From IMG/VR virus record IMGVR_UViG_3300009873_000081, positions 39,995 through 103,994 of that record: DNA of 64,000 nt. One strand, given 5' to 3'. The translations under genes were made by a program, and so were the position numbers. This document shows, one piece after another, positions 28,436-41,055 of the stretch. The stretch is from a virus (Duplodnaviria; Caudoviricetes). Numbering within the stretch: the first letter of the stretch is position 1; every line of letters starts with the position of its first letter. The notes below the pieces were generated by a model that saw nothing but the letters and a program-made list of their open reading frames with translations, ran no database searches and was not told where the DNA came from.

Positions 28436-31400
28436 ATGACAAGCGAACAAAATAAAGCCGTCTTAGAGCAACTTTTTGACGTGCGCTTGCAAGATGCTTT
28501 AAAAGCATCAAGTCCGGATGGTCTTCCAACAAATATGAAATCAACAGGCGGGTTAAGGACTAACAACATGAAACGGAAAAAACTTGACGCCGTCGATATG
28601 CTCAACGAGCACTTGGCCAACGAGCCTTTTTTACTGGTTGGCGTCGATCCTGGAGAAGAGGAAGCCGACAATTTCGATCCGTTAAGCTTGCTTAATGATG
28701 ATGAAGAGTTTAACATCTTCTTTTCCGATCTCACACCCGAAGCCCAAGCGCGTTACTTGCGCTGGCGCGAGACCAGTAAAGAAGATGAAAATTTTGAAAT
28801 TTCACCGTTGGTTATTTTATGTAAAGAAGAAAGCGAGACTTAAACATGACCAGCAAACTCACCCAGTTATTGAATCTTATTAAGCTGATAAAAAAGATTT
28901 TCTCGAGGAGAAACCATGCTTGACATTACACAGGGCCCCTGGAAAGCCAGCGACCGATGGGGTAATTTTGGCGATCACAACCGTGCCGAAACCGACGCTC
29001 CGCTTGGACAAGTTTCAAGATTTTCATATTCGATAGCCGACGAAAGCGGCTTCATCGTGGCGCACTGCAACGGGCCAAATGTCACCATGAGTGCCGAAAG
29101 AAGCGAAGCCAATGCCAAGCTCATTGCTGCCGCGCCGGAGATTTTTGAAGCGCTGGTCTATGCTGAGAAAGTCTTGCGGACAATTGCGGCAGGCGAAACC
29201 AATACACCTATCAAAGATGCGCGTGCCTGTGCTGATTTTGCGCTGCAAGCGTTAGTCAATACCGGATTGCCAGTTGAATAGTAGAACCAAGCTATGACCA
29301 AACCCAACCACAAAACCGGACGCTTTACCGTAGTGCCTTCACAAGATCGTTATGGCGCCTACGAAGTAAAAGAGGCGGCAGAAGAGCAGATGTATCAAAT
29401 AAGCCCCGAAGTATTTAGCAAAAACGACTCGGAGAACGCAAGGCTTTTTAGTGTTGCGCCGATCCTGCTCAAAATCCGCGCCGAAGCGGAAAAGCTGCTT
29501 TTGTCCTATCAAAACAAAGTTATTATCCCGCCCGACAGGATCGGATCACAGTGGGAGAAACTAAAACAACTTTTGGAGGCATCAAAATGAGTGCTTGGAT
29601 TCCAACCACAAAATCACTGCCAAGAGGCAGCTTGAAAGTCGAAATTCAACTGCCTGATGGCTCTGTCACTAAAGCCCAGATTGAAGATGTCGAATATGAC
29701 GAAACGATGTGGGTTTTGGACGATGGCAGAAAAGCGCATTTTGTCAATTACAGCGACGAAGATCGCAAGCGCTGGCAAGTTATCAACAAGCCAGACACCG
29801 ACACGCCAGTAGCCTGGAGAAGGATAAAGGAGCAATTAAAAATATGAAACCACGTCTTTCAACCATTGTCATGCTCGGACTGCTTGCCTTTCTTTTCGGC
29901 GTGGTGTTCGAGCTTTCAGCACAGGAGAAAAAAGTTAAAGAGATCGACCTGGGACAAATCAAAATCGAAGCGCCCAAAGAGCTTCAGCTGCTTGCCGACA
30001 GCGTCAAGGCGGCTGAAATCAAGATTCACATGGCCGAAATCAAGCTTGAAATTCTGTATTATCGAGAGTTGTTGCTCTCAATTGGCCACGCCAGAAAAAA
30101 ATATCAAGCTCGGCTGGACAGCTTGAATGCACAGATCAAGCGTCGGCAATAATTTATTTTGACTTGAGCCATGATGAATTACACCGTTTTTTCCAGAGTC
30201 GAATTGGAGCGAATGGCAAAAAGCCGCTTGGGTGACAGCCTGATTTTAAGTAATTGCGATGATTTGGCGCTTATGAAAGAGATCGCTGTTTATGATCTAC
30301 AGAATAAAAATATAGGGCGCAAACAAAAAAGCAAAATTCTCGCTGCCATCGACAACGCCGAAAACAAAAAAGAACTGGCAAAAATTCTGCTTGCATTGAC
30401 AGTTTAAATGCACAGAAAAACCAAGATAGAAGCTTTGAGATTATTCGAGTTAAGAATCAACCAGCTTCAAGATTAGAATGACACTTAAACTTTATCCCGA
30501 CTGGCTGCCGGAACTGCTGTTGCGAGAAGGCTGTAACATTCCGGCAGCCGACTATATGGCCGAGATCGGTGATTTTATCCGAAGCATGGCCGAACGCCGA
30601 ATCGAAGATAAGCCCGGCTTGGAGCTTTTGCTCAGAGAGTTTCCTGAACTGGACAGAAACGATTTTGCGAGGTTGATCCGATGGAAAATGGCACAAAGAT
30701 GACAAAGAGTAATTTCGGATTGTGGCTGGCGCTGGCGGGAATTTTAATAACGGCATTTTGCCTGGGGTGGAGAATCTTTAACTTATTTTGAAAGTAGATT
30801 TATGAAATTCGGAGATTTTAAAATAACCAAACCAAGCACTCTTACGGCTTTGATAAAAGGCGATATTCACAATGCCATCATTAGCGAAACCACTGGTGGC
30901 ATCGAAGCTCAGGAAGCAGCTGGACAAAGGAGTTTTGTCGCCAATGAAACACTGCCAATACAATGCCCACGCGCCGAACTCGAACAAATTGGCTTTGTTT
31001 TCGGAAAGCCAGTGGATGATTTGTTTGTCAGCGTTCAATTTCCCGCCGGTTGGCGCAAGCAGGCGACTGACCATAGCATGTGGTCAGATTTATTGGACGA
31101 AAAAGGCCGCAAGCGCGGCTCTATTTTCTACAAGGCCGCGTTTTATGACCGCGATGCTTTTATGCGCATAAATCGTCGTTATTCCACAGTGTGCACCTAT
31201 GACAACCCTCGCGTTGCCCAGATCAAAGACGGCGATACTATTATTTGGCAGTCGCAGCCGTATGCGGGAGAAAAGACGTTGAGCTTTGAAATCAGCGAAG
31301 AGCTTGGCGGCATTGCCGAGACCATGCTTACCGAGATGTTTCCTGATTGGAAAAATCCGCTGGCTTATTGGGATTAAATCATGAAAACCTTCTCTCTGGC

Positions 31401-33974
31401 GCTCGTTGCCGAAAAGTGCAACGAGCCAAAAGCTTACGAAGTGGTTTTTACTGCTTCGCACACACAAGCGCTCTCACTCAAAGAAGCGCAAGCCAAAGGC
31501 ATTACGCTGGCACGAGCGCTTTGGCCAGCAGCATACGGCTACAGAGAACACAAGGCCGGCGCTTGTGAGATTGCTAAAGAAAACACTTGACTTTGAGAAT
31601 TTTATTACGTATATTGAACTATGAAAATGACCAAAGACTGTATTATGCAAGTTATTCAAGCTTGCGGATACTTGTATCCCTATGCTGACTTTAGCATAGA
31701 TAGAAATGAAATTCTAATTGACTTCGCCACTGCATCTGATCCAAGCGCCTCGGTTGAAAGATTCGTTAAAGCAGGCATACCAAGAGAACAAATCAGAATG
31801 GCACTTATTATTCAAGCGAACGAGGAGTAACCAAAGGAAATATGTATGAAAAATCCCAGCGACTTCGCCAAGATATTTCCCTATAGCTCAGTTGCACGGA
31901 GCAACGAAACTGAGACAGTAGCGCGCAATATCATGGTTATTCTGTCGAGAACTGGCAATGTCTGGCGTGAACTGTCTTGGAAAGAATACACGGAACAACG
32001 TGACATAGATGGCAACTGGAGCCAGAGAGAAAAATTCTATTTTGACAAAGCTGTCGATTACTGCAAAAGCGCCGACACTGCCAAACTATTTAGTGGAGAG
32101 TGGAACCAAAAATGAAAACACGTCTTGAGCTTTTTCAGAAAGTCACAATTTCAGGCAAGCCCTACCGAGTGGTCAGCATCAAATATGGTGACGGTGATGT
32201 CACCTACAGAATGGCCGAAGAGAATAGCGATCTTGCAACTTTAGAGGTGACACAGGATAGAAATGGCACAATGGAAGCAATAACTGAAATTAAAAAGAGT
32301 GGGGCCAATGACAGCCCTTGAAACCGCCAAATGCTGCGGCACTTGCACAGGAGCCAACCAGCAAGCTCGGCCTAAGCCGGAAGATCATGCGCCGCACTAT
32401 ATGATCGCCAAAACCGAGCGCTGGTGCCAAAAGCACAATATTCCAACTGTTCGAGAAGCCGTATGTTGCGAGACAGTTGGTACAAAATGGATTGCAAGGC
32501 CAATCATTTTGACAAATTTTTGTTTGAGCAAAAGCCATGACACTCAACATCTCCGAACATGCTTTTAATCTGCTCACCTACATTTTGGAAGAGCTAACAG
32601 GCGAAGAATACGCGCATATAGACGAAAAAAACTGCGGCCTGCCAAGTTGTGTGTTTTGTGACGAAGTTTTTGTTGTTGGCCCCGACAAGATAAATCATGA
32701 CGAACATTGTCTAACAGCAAAAGCATTGGAACTTTTGAAAGAATTGAGTCGTGAAAATCGAGCTTAAAACCGATCACAACACGCTGCGAGAGTGCTGGTT
32801 GGCTATTATAGACGGTGAAGTCGTTGGTAAGATATTCAGAACACCCGCATCACGTTGGAACTATGAAGCCTTTACTTTACCACCTGATGTCAAATCGGTC
32901 AGAATAAACACGCTGGATGAAGCTATTAAATTTTTCAAAACACAAAAAGGAGAATAGAACCCGTGTTTTCAGTGAGACAAAAGAGAGAGATCGCCGAGCA
33001 AATCCAAAAAATTCTGCGAGAAACTAATCATCCTGAGCTACCAAAAGGCGAAATTAGCTTCTGCCTGCACGTTGACGGCGCGGAATCCTGGAGTTGGGCT
33101 GACATCGTAAACAACGGCTCAGTCGAAAAACCAGATGTAAACCTGCACAACGAATTGCAAGACCCGAAAAGTGAAATTGGAAAGTTTTCAAGAATTTCTA
33201 AAAACTAAGGAGAAAACAATGTCAAAAACCTACGGAGACCGATTTAAAGAGGCTTTAGCTTGTAATACTAAAGCCGAGGCCGACGAATGGCTGTTAAAAG
33301 AGATTGAGCTTTGCTATACCCTTGCTGAGATATGAGACAGTTAATTGAAATCGAATCTTACGAGCATGACTGACTAAACCCCCCAGCCAAGTACAGAAAG
33401 TATGCACAAATTTGTTAAAATCAAAAGAGCTTTTAACGGCTTTAGCATTGAATATGACTATCTACTGTTAGTAGATAATACAGTCAGTTTTTCTGACTAT
33501 TTAATGCACACAGCCGAACAAACCGGCCTGGATTATCTTGAGTTAAAAAGAAAGCCTCAAAATGGATGCCACTGGAGCCGTGTTCAAGAAGCCATCAGAC
33601 TCAAGCTTGAGCTTACCAAAGGCAGGAAAACAATATTAGACGATTTATCAATTGCCAACAGCGTATTTGTTGAAACCGCAACAAAGCTATACGCACAGTA
33701 TGGCGCATTTGTTGTCAATTCAAACGGCGGCATGTTTCCGTTGGACGGCAAATGTGAAATTTTAGAGACTGTCGAATCCGAGAAGCTGGTTTGGCCTTTT
33801 GGCAGGTTAAAAACCGAAGACAGAATTAAAATAACGCAGTGGCCGAACGGCACACACTGGTACGCTCGTGTGGATGGAGAAGACGTAGTCATGGATAACG
33901 AGCAGAAATGGAATACTTACAAAGAAGCTTACGATAAGGCCATACAGTATATCCAGCTTTATTCAAAAAATTAA
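28436..33974 (+). other. Run of about 17 small hypothetical CDSs, including a second GPW/ANAKLIAAAPE protein (28916-29281), 30802-31377 and 33402-33974
   Basis: Densely packed co-oriented ORFs; internal promoter at 31587. Confidence 0.6.
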
Positions 33975-33989
33975 AATAGAAGATTTAAC

Positions 33990-34212
33990 TTGAAATCGTC
34001 AAAAAACTTTCGTATATTGATGTCAGTCGTTTTTTGACAATCTCGTGGCAAGTAGTTCAGCCTGAACCAACTGAGCTTAATGCCTGTGGCACCAAATCCA
34101 TATCCCAACAGAATGAAATCGAGCAGTAACAATTTCGATAAAAGTGGTTTTGTAAACGAGCGCTTTCGGCTTTCTCACCATCGGGATATGGTAGTCGATA
34201 GCGCTTTTTTAT
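33990..34212 (+). promoter_or_regulatory. Promoter and structured attenuator-like leader
   Basis: TTGAAA-17-TATATT; a CCATATCCC/GGGATATGG stem competes with an AGCGCT...AGCGCT-polyT terminator. Confidence 0.6.
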
Positions 34213-34227
34213 TTTACCATACTATAA

Positions 34228-35328
34228 TTGGCTATCAATCCTAAAACCCATCGCTGGTACAAGAAAGTATCACGAGAAGAACGGCAAAAAGAAAGACACG
34301 AACGCCGTCTTTATCGACGCGAAATAAAACAAAAACCGCGTCAAGGTAAACGCAAGTACCCTAAAATAAATCGTAAAAGGTACGTAACGGAAGACGTGCG
34401 CCTGCTTATCATTGAAATGAGCAGAATACAAAGCTATAACCAGCGCTTGATAGTTTTAGAGAAACAATTAAGAAGCTTGGGAGGATTCAAAGCCAGATCG
34501 AAATGGGGTATAAATAAAGATAAAATAATCAAGCTGCATCAAGAACGCAATCAAGTTCAAAGCTCTATTTCCGAATACAAGAAGTACGCCCAGCTTAAAA
34601 ATGGCTACAATTGCAATCCGTATTATATTGCTAAAGCTTTAAAACTGGACGCAGCTATTGTTTATCGCGTTCAGCGAATGTTTGCCTGGACAGGAAATGT
34701 TATTTTCTGCCGGGACAGGCGAAACCATCTAAAGCCCGACGAGGCCAAAGAGAACCCATTGCCGAGAGAAGCAAAAGCACAAGCGGCCAATTCCGTTGAG
34801 AATAAGCAGGCGCTTTTGACCAAGACGGCAATGCTTAGAGCAAGAATAGCACCGAACCCTTGTGCTGCTCCCCATTCCGAAGAGACCAATTCATCCGGTC
34901 TGTACGACACTCCCCTCGCTCGCAAAGAAGGTTATCGCAACAACGCCGTATCAAAACGTCAGATCGACACCCAAGCAGTTTTGGCTAAAGCCGACTTTCT
35001 GCTAAATCACGATTATATCATCACTAACGAAGAGCTTCTTGAAAAAGAAATAAACTTCAATCCTGATGATTATTATCGTCAAACCACTGCCCACTATCAA
35101 AAAGTCTACCGAGGCTTTGGCAAGAATAAAAAGCCTGAGATCATCGAAGACTTTGATTGCCCTCCAGATTCCTACACCTATAAGCAACACGAAATGAGTT
35201 TAGGTATTCTGGAAAAAGACGGCATGAATTTAACAGAATTAGGCATGAAAGTCTATCATATTGATCCACCTAAGCCAAAAGAGTATTACGAGGCACTAAG
35301 CGCTCGTATGATCGCAATGGGTTTCTAA
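34228..35328 (+). CDS. Basic protein with HTH-like segment
   Basis: Arg/Lys-rich N-terminus; PYYIAKALKLDAAIVYRVQRMF. Confidence 0.6.
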   Translation: MAINPKTHRWYKKVSREERQKERHERRLYRREIKQKPRQGKRKYPKINRKRYVTEDVRLLIIEMSRIQSYNQRLIVLEKQLRSLGGFKARSKWGINKDKIIKLHQERNQVQSSISEYKKYAQLKNGYNCNPYYIAKALKLDAAIVYRVQRMFAWTGNVIFCRDRRNHLKPDEAKENPLPREAKAQAANSVENKQALLTKTAMLRARIAPNPCAAPHSEETNSSGLYDTPLARKEGYRNNAVSKRQIDTQAVLAKADFLLNHDYIITNEELLEKEINFNPDDYYRQTTAHYQKVYRGFGKNKKPEIIEDFDCPPDSYTYKQHEMSLGILEKDGMNLTELGMKVYHIDPPKPKEYYEALSARMIAMGF

Positions 35329-35465
35329 TCGGATCGCAGTAAGACGTTTTGAGCGTTTAAAACAACATCAAGATTGTCTCTCGGAAGCAAGTGATAGGTT
35401 ATAATAATCTATCTACTCTTCGGAGGGATAAATAGGGTTGTATTCTCTAAACTGAATTATAACTT

Positions 35466-37310
35466 ATGCAACTGCAAGACAAAATAGAAATTCTGATTAC
35501 CAACTTTCAAAGAAAGCATGGTTATCCTCCAACTACTGTGCTTTTACCTGAAATCGAAGAAAACAAGATCATGGGCTTGGTTGTGAAGCAAGGCCCAAAA
35601 TTAGCGGTAGGCCTCGGCACTAAGCTTTTATTTTGGGATGATAGCCAAAATAAAGATTTCAAGCTCAAGCCGGTTGTTATAGTAAAGTCTTGGCAGGAAG
35701 TCTTAAATGATTATGACAACGACAAAGCGTCTTTATCTGTGCTATTAAGCAAAGTGGTCGAATTTGAAATGGAGCAAAGGCTGGCACAGTAATTTTCTAA
35801 AACCGGAGAAATCTTATGAACTTATTTGAAGATTTTGTTGAAGAAAACACAACCTATGAAATATCCTGCTCTTGTTGCGGATCAACCTACAACGATTTGC
35901 TAAGTGCAGATGAAGCTATTAAAATTGCTGTTGAAAAAGGATGGCAAGTAGTAGATGAGAAACTTTATTGTAATGATTGCTTAGAAGATGAGTAAGGTTT
36001 TATGAACGATATTTTCAGACCAAAACACAATCCTGCTCAATCTCTTTACGATGTCTTTCAAACCGAAGCCGAGAAACGTCCTAAAAGAGAGCTTGAAGAA
36101 TGGCAGAGAAAAGAAGTTATGGCAGTCTACGAAGAAGCCTTGCGCTGGCATGAAAGAAATCCTGAGAAGTACAAAGAGATCACTGTTGCCGATGTGCAAG
36201 ATGCACAAAGGCAAGCTTGGGGACACGTAGACTACGGAGCAAAATGGGCATACGCTGTGGTTGAGAGAATGCGTTATTAAACTTAAAGGCGAGTTAACTA
36301 TGTCCAAAGTTCTCAAAAATGGCGGTGTTGTTTCCGATCCTGCTGGTGATGTTTTGTTTTCTTATGGTGCCAACCGTTGGAAATACCTGACTCCTGACGA
36401 GGCATTAGAAGCCTGTAATGGTAGTTGGGATTTGGTTAGCCAAGTCGATGCTTTGGTTGACGAAATATTCCAAGAACGCCAGGATAGCAGAGATGATCGA
36501 GCGCGGACTTGTGACAAAAGAAAAATAAAATAAGACTTGACTTTCTCAAATTTATTGCTTATATTAGAATCATGCAAAACAACGAAAAAATAGAAAGCCG
36601 CATTCAGACGCTGCACGTTATTTTCTGCGATTACTGCGGTACTTACGAGCATACCGACGCCGAGCGCCCAGCCTCAAAGCTGGCTGAGAAAATTTTAAGT
36701 CTCGGCTGGACAATTAACGAGCGCGGCGCGATTAAATGCGGGCCGTGCAATTGGAAAGAGCGCCACAGAGAATAAGGAAACATTATGAAATTGTTTGTTT
36801 TGTTTGGTCAGCGTCAAGAAAGGTATGCCGGCCAATTTGGTATTGAAGCTCTGGATTGCCAGACCGAATACGAGGTAGACGATAATCCAGAGCTTCTGCA
36901 TAAGAAAAAGGAATGGCACCAAACACACGGCGATTTTGCGGCTCTGGAAATTGTTGAGCTTGATGTTGATGAAAAAGCGGTTGAAGCAATTTTATCTCCT
37001 GCGCATCAAGCGATCACAGCAAAAGTCAAAGCAAATGGATAATCCTGAAAGAAACTTAGCTGCTTATTTCCTGACAGCGCCCGAAGGCTCAGAATACTCG
37101 ATTGAAAGCCTTGAGCCTGCCGACATTGTCGCCATTCTTAATGTGCTTGGCATGGCTTATCAAAAACATCACTGTGGTAATGATAGTATCGGTTGGAACG
37201 AGCTTTCCGACCAAATTCATTTAGTAATATGCCGTGTGGTTGGAACTCGAATCTATCAAAAGTGGTCGGCAGATTGTGAAGTGAAAGAAAGCTATGCCAA
37301 CATTACATAA
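35466..37310 (+). other. Small hypothetical CDSs, including Cys-pair zinc-ribbon-like proteins
   Basis: ORFs 35466, 36002, about 36300, 36572, 36785, about 37035; promoter at 36537. Confidence 0.55.
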
Positions 37311-37623
37311 TCTCAAAAACGGTACTCCTGACTTTGGCCTAAAAGCTGTTTACATAGGCCGCAAGTCGTCAGGAATGCACTACGGCAACCCATATTCGCA
37401 TTTACCTTTGCACCGAACAAAAGCGGCTGTGCAAGTTAAAACTCTACAGGAAGCCATCAATAAATTTCGTGATTGGCTGGATGGCAAGATCGACCAAGAC
37501 TTGGAGCCAGAGCGCCGCCAGTGGATTTTGTCGCATTTGGACGAATTACGCCAAGCTGATGTGCTGCTGTGTTTTTGCAGTCCGGAGCCTTGTCATGGCG
37601 ATGTTTATTTGGAGAAATTGTAA
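37294..37623 (+). CDS. DUF4326-family protein
   Basis: VYIGR...GNPY...LLCFCSPEPCHGDV. Confidence 0.85.
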   Translation: MPTLHNLKNGTPDFGLKAVYIGRKSSGMHYGNPYSHLPLHRTKAAVQVKTLQEAINKFRDWLDGKIDQDLEPERRQWILSHLDELRQADVLLCFCSPEPCHGDVYLEKL

Positions 37624-37865
37624 TGATCTGGACATCTACAATAGCTGCGTCTGGAATCGAATATGCCGAGATTCCAGGCTATATATTCAGCCTGGACGAT
37701 TGGGGTAGTTTTGTCAATGTCGATGTCTGCTTCTGGCCGCCACAAGGTTTTAAGCCGCTGCAAGAAGCTACAGCCGGCAGCGTGCCCGAAGCCAAAGAGT
37801 GGGCGGAGCGAGTCGCAAAAACACTTGGAAAATAGTTTGGAAAATAATTTAGAAAGGAGCTTTTT

Positions 37866-38423
37866 ATGCAGTCTAAAACCAAGTATTACGTCATTGGGTC
37901 GATTGTTTTAATTGTCCTTGTTGCTATAACTTATTTTGCTGTTCGTATTTCTTATTCAAATACTGAAGTACGCCAGCGCAATTTGGTTATGGCACAGCAA
38001 GAAACCTGCAAGGCTTTTTTTGATAAAATGTGGAAGGTTTTGCAGCAGAAAGCTCAAGTCTCGAATGAATACAAAAACGCTTTTAAGGAAATCTATCCTG
38101 GACTTATTGCTGGCCGCTATTCCAATGACAAAGGCGGCAGCCAAATGTTAATGAAATGGGTAACAGAGGCTAACCCCAACTTTGATATTTCGCTTTACAA
38201 AGAACTGTCCAGCGCTATTGAAAGCGAACGCACAGCCTTTTTCTATGAGCAAAAGAAACTCATATCAATGCAAAACGAACACAAGAACCAGCTTCAGACT
38301 TTTCCTGGCACGTGGTTTCTTTCTGGCCGTCAAGTTGTAGAAATTGCAGTTATTACGTCTGATGTGACTGCGACGGCTTATGAATCCAAACAAGAGAACA
38401 ATGTTAGCCTTTTTAACCAATAA
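37866..38423 (+). CDS. LemA-like membrane-anchored helical protein
   Basis: N-terminal TM segment; EANPNFD...LYKEL...IESER...TFPG. Confidence 0.6.
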   Translation: MQSKTKYYVIGSIVLIVLVAITYFAVRISYSNTEVRQRNLVMAQQETCKAFFDKMWKVLQQKAQVSNEYKNAFKEIYPGLIAGRYSNDKGGSQMLMKWVTEANPNFDISLYKELSSAIESERTAFFYEQKKLISMQNEHKNQLQTFPGTWFLSGRQVVEIAVITSDVTATAYESKQENNVSLFNQ

Positions 38424-38428
38424 GCATC

Positions 38429-39565
38429 ATGCTAATTTACTTAGCTTTACTTTTTCCGATTGTTACTGCTGTTTTGCTTCTGGCGTTCTATCGCAAATAT
38501 TTGGTTTGGTGGGAAATTTCGATACCGTTTGTAGCCTCGCTTGTAGTCGTAATAATAACTAAGTGGGCTTCCGAAACTTCGCAAGTGCGGGATACTGAGT
38601 ATTGGGGCAGTCTAGTTACTCAGGCTGAATATTATGAAGATTGGAATGAGCGTGTATCTTGCCGACATGATAGGTATTGTACCAGAACAGTTACAGACTC
38701 ACAAGGTCAAACAAGAACAGAAAGCTATGTATGTGGTAAAGAGCATAGCTATGATGTAGACTACCACCCTGCTGAATGGTTGATGTTGACAGATTGTAAA
38801 GAGCGCTTTAGCATTGAACAAAGCTACTATTATAAGCTTGTGGAGCAATTTGGTAACGAAAACTTTGTTGAGCTTAATCGCGATTATCATTCCGATGACG
38901 GTGATAAATATATTTCGGTTTGGAATGGAGAAGAAAGCTCTGCTCGACCTGTGGTTACGCTACATACCTATGAAAATCGGGTTCAAGCTTCTAAAAGCGT
39001 TTTTAACTACGAGGCTGTTTCTGATTCTGACAAAGCTTTTTATACTTTGTTTGACTATCCAAATCCGAAGGGCTATTCTTGCAACTCTATCTTAGGTGCT
39101 GATTATCCTGATGCTGAAAAGAAACTGCGCTATCTAAATGGTTACTTGGGGCCAAAGAAGCAACTGCGAATCTGGGTTCTGGTATTTAAAAATCAGCCGC
39201 GTAACGCAGGTTTGGCGCAGGAAGCTTATTGGAAGGGTGGTAACAAGAATGAATTCGTAGTTTGTATTGGCATAACTGATTCAAACAGAGTCGCATGGTC
39301 TCATGTTTTTTCCTGGTCAGAAGTTTTTGATTTAAAAGCGGATGCAAAGAATTTTGTTGAATCACAAGCCAAACTTGATCTGTCTACGATAGCTATTTGG
39401 CTTGAGCGTAACTTGCAGAATCGCTTTGTGCGCAAGCAGTTTGCAGAGTTTTCTTATCTGACAGTAGAGCCTTCAGGGTTTGCAATAGCTTCGGGCTTTG
39501 TTATTGTGCTGTTGTCTTGTGTCGGCACCGGTATTTTTGTTGTAAAAAACGGTATCGAAAAATAA
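38429..39565 (+). CDS. Membrane protein (two N-terminal TMs, one C-terminal TM), likely partner of the LemA-like gene
   Basis: Hydrophobic termini; YWKGGNKNEFVVCIG. Confidence 0.7.
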   Translation: MLIYLALLFPIVTAVLLLAFYRKYLVWWEISIPFVASLVVVIITKWASETSQVRDTEYWGSLVTQAEYYEDWNERVSCRHDRYCTRTVTDSQGQTRTESYVCGKEHSYDVDYHPAEWLMLTDCKERFSIEQSYYYKLVEQFGNENFVELNRDYHSDDGDKYISVWNGEESSARPVVTLHTYENRVQASKSVFNYEAVSDSDKAFYTLFDYPNPKGYSCNSILGADYPDAEKKLRYLNGYLGPKKQLRIWVLVFKNQPRNAGLAQEAYWKGGNKNEFVVCIGITDSNRVAWSHVFSWSEVFDLKADAKNFVESQAKLDLSTIAIWLERNLQNRFVRKQFAEFSYLTVEPSGFAIASGFVIVLLSCVGTGIFVVKNGIEK

Positions 39566-39612
39566 ATTAGAAAAGACTTGACTCTTAGAAAAAGTTTACG
39601 TATATTAGAATC

Positions 39613-40233
39613 ATGGAAACGACAAAACCAAATTTCGCTAATGGCCTGGTTATCGCTTATGTGACGAGCTTTGAGTTCGGACTGCCACACTTGGCTGAAG
39701 TAAAGATCAAATCTGAAACAGACGCATCCTATCTTGGCGTAGAAATGCTCCAAGACGGGCTGTGCAATCTTGGCCTCTTTTACCGAGTATCAAAACGCTT
39801 GTCTAAAAACGATCGGCATGCAAAGGTTTTTTCAACTGCTAAAGCTGCGCTTGATTATCTTTATGGACAAACGCTGGAAGTTGCAAAAGCAGCCGACGAA
39901 CAAATGCAGCTTGTTAAGCTTGCAATGGAGCAAGCTAAAAATTTGTAAGGATGTGCAGGAATGAACAAAGCGTCAATCAAATCAAAAGATATTTATTTTG
40001 CAATTATTGGCAATCATACTAAAGAAGTAACCGGTGTTTGCACAGGTGAATCCTTGCTTGATGTGTGCAAGGAGGATCATTGTCCGGATTTTGTCGAGAT
40101 TACTAAAGAGCAGTTTGATGATTTTGGTGACAATGGTATTGTGCTATCAGAAAATTTGAAAAGGTATACATCTAAAATTGTAATGAGAGTTAAATTGACA
40201 CCGATACGAGCAAGTCGCCCAAAGCATACGTGA
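39613..40233 (+). other. Two hypothetical CDSs (39613-39948, 39961-40233)
   Basis: Follow the promoter at 39578. Confidence 0.55.
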
Positions 40234-40268
40234 TTGCCAAAGCAAGAGAAACCAAAAGGAGAATTAAA

Positions 40269-40964
40269 ATGTTGACCAAAGACGACTTTATTTTTATCGA
40301 GGGCGGCACTTTTCAAATGGGCAGCCCTGAAACCGAGATTGATCGCTTTAGTGACGAGACTTTGCACCAAGTCACGGTTGCCGATTTTTACCTCGGCAAA
40401 ACGCCCGTCACCCAAAAACAATGGCGCGAGATCATGGGCGGCAATCCCTCCCATTTTAAAAATTGCGATGATTGCCCGGTTGAAACCGTAAGCTGGTACG
40501 AGGCGCAGGCCTTCATTGATAAGCTGAATACAAAAACCGGCATGAAATTCCGCTTGCCGACTGAAGCCGAATGGGAATACGCCGCGCGTGGCGGGCGTAA
40601 ATCTACCGCCTCAAATTTGTATGCCGGCAGCAACAATTTGGATGAAGTGGGATGGTATGATAAAAATTCAAACGGCAAGACTCATCCGGTTGCCGCAAAA
40701 AAGCCGAATGAATTGGGCCTGTACGACATGAGCAGCAATGTTTATGAGTGGTGTCAGGATTGGTATGACGAAAAATATTATGGTGAATGCCAAAAGAAAG
40801 GAACGGTGGAAAATCCTACGGGGCCGGAAAGCGGTTCGCGCCGGGTGGTGCGCGGCGGCAGTTGGTACTACGACGCGCGGTATTGCCGCTCCGCTTATCG
40901 CAACAGGATCAATCCTGCCTACTGCGGCGTCAACATTGGCTTCCGCCTGGTGTTCGTCCCGTAG
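40269..40964 (+). CDS. Formylglycine-generating enzyme (FGE-sulfatase, C-type lectin fold) domain protein
   Basis: GGTFQMGS, PVTQ, RLPTEAEWEYAARGG, PNELGLYDM, RVVRGGSW, IGFRL. Confidence 0.93.
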   Translation: MLTKDDFIFIEGGTFQMGSPETEIDRFSDETLHQVTVADFYLGKTPVTQKQWREIMGGNPSHFKNCDDCPVETVSWYEAQAFIDKLNTKTGMKFRLPTEAEWEYAARGGRKSTASNLYAGSNNLDEVGWYDKNSNGKTHPVAAKKPNELGLYDMSSNVYEWCQDWYDEKYYGECQKKGTVENPTGPESGSRRVVRGGSWYYDARYCRSAYRNRINPAYCGVNIGFRLVFVP

Positions 40965-41055
40965 TCCCAGAAAGGATTAGATATGGCGTCTCTAAACAGA
41001 ATCAAGCTTTGAATGATCAGATTGAGAAAAAATTTACTGAAAGGACAAAACCAAA

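Noticed and set aside
40269-41050. Complete diversity-generating retroelement
   Set aside because: No reverse transcriptase, Avd or template repeat was seen in the window.
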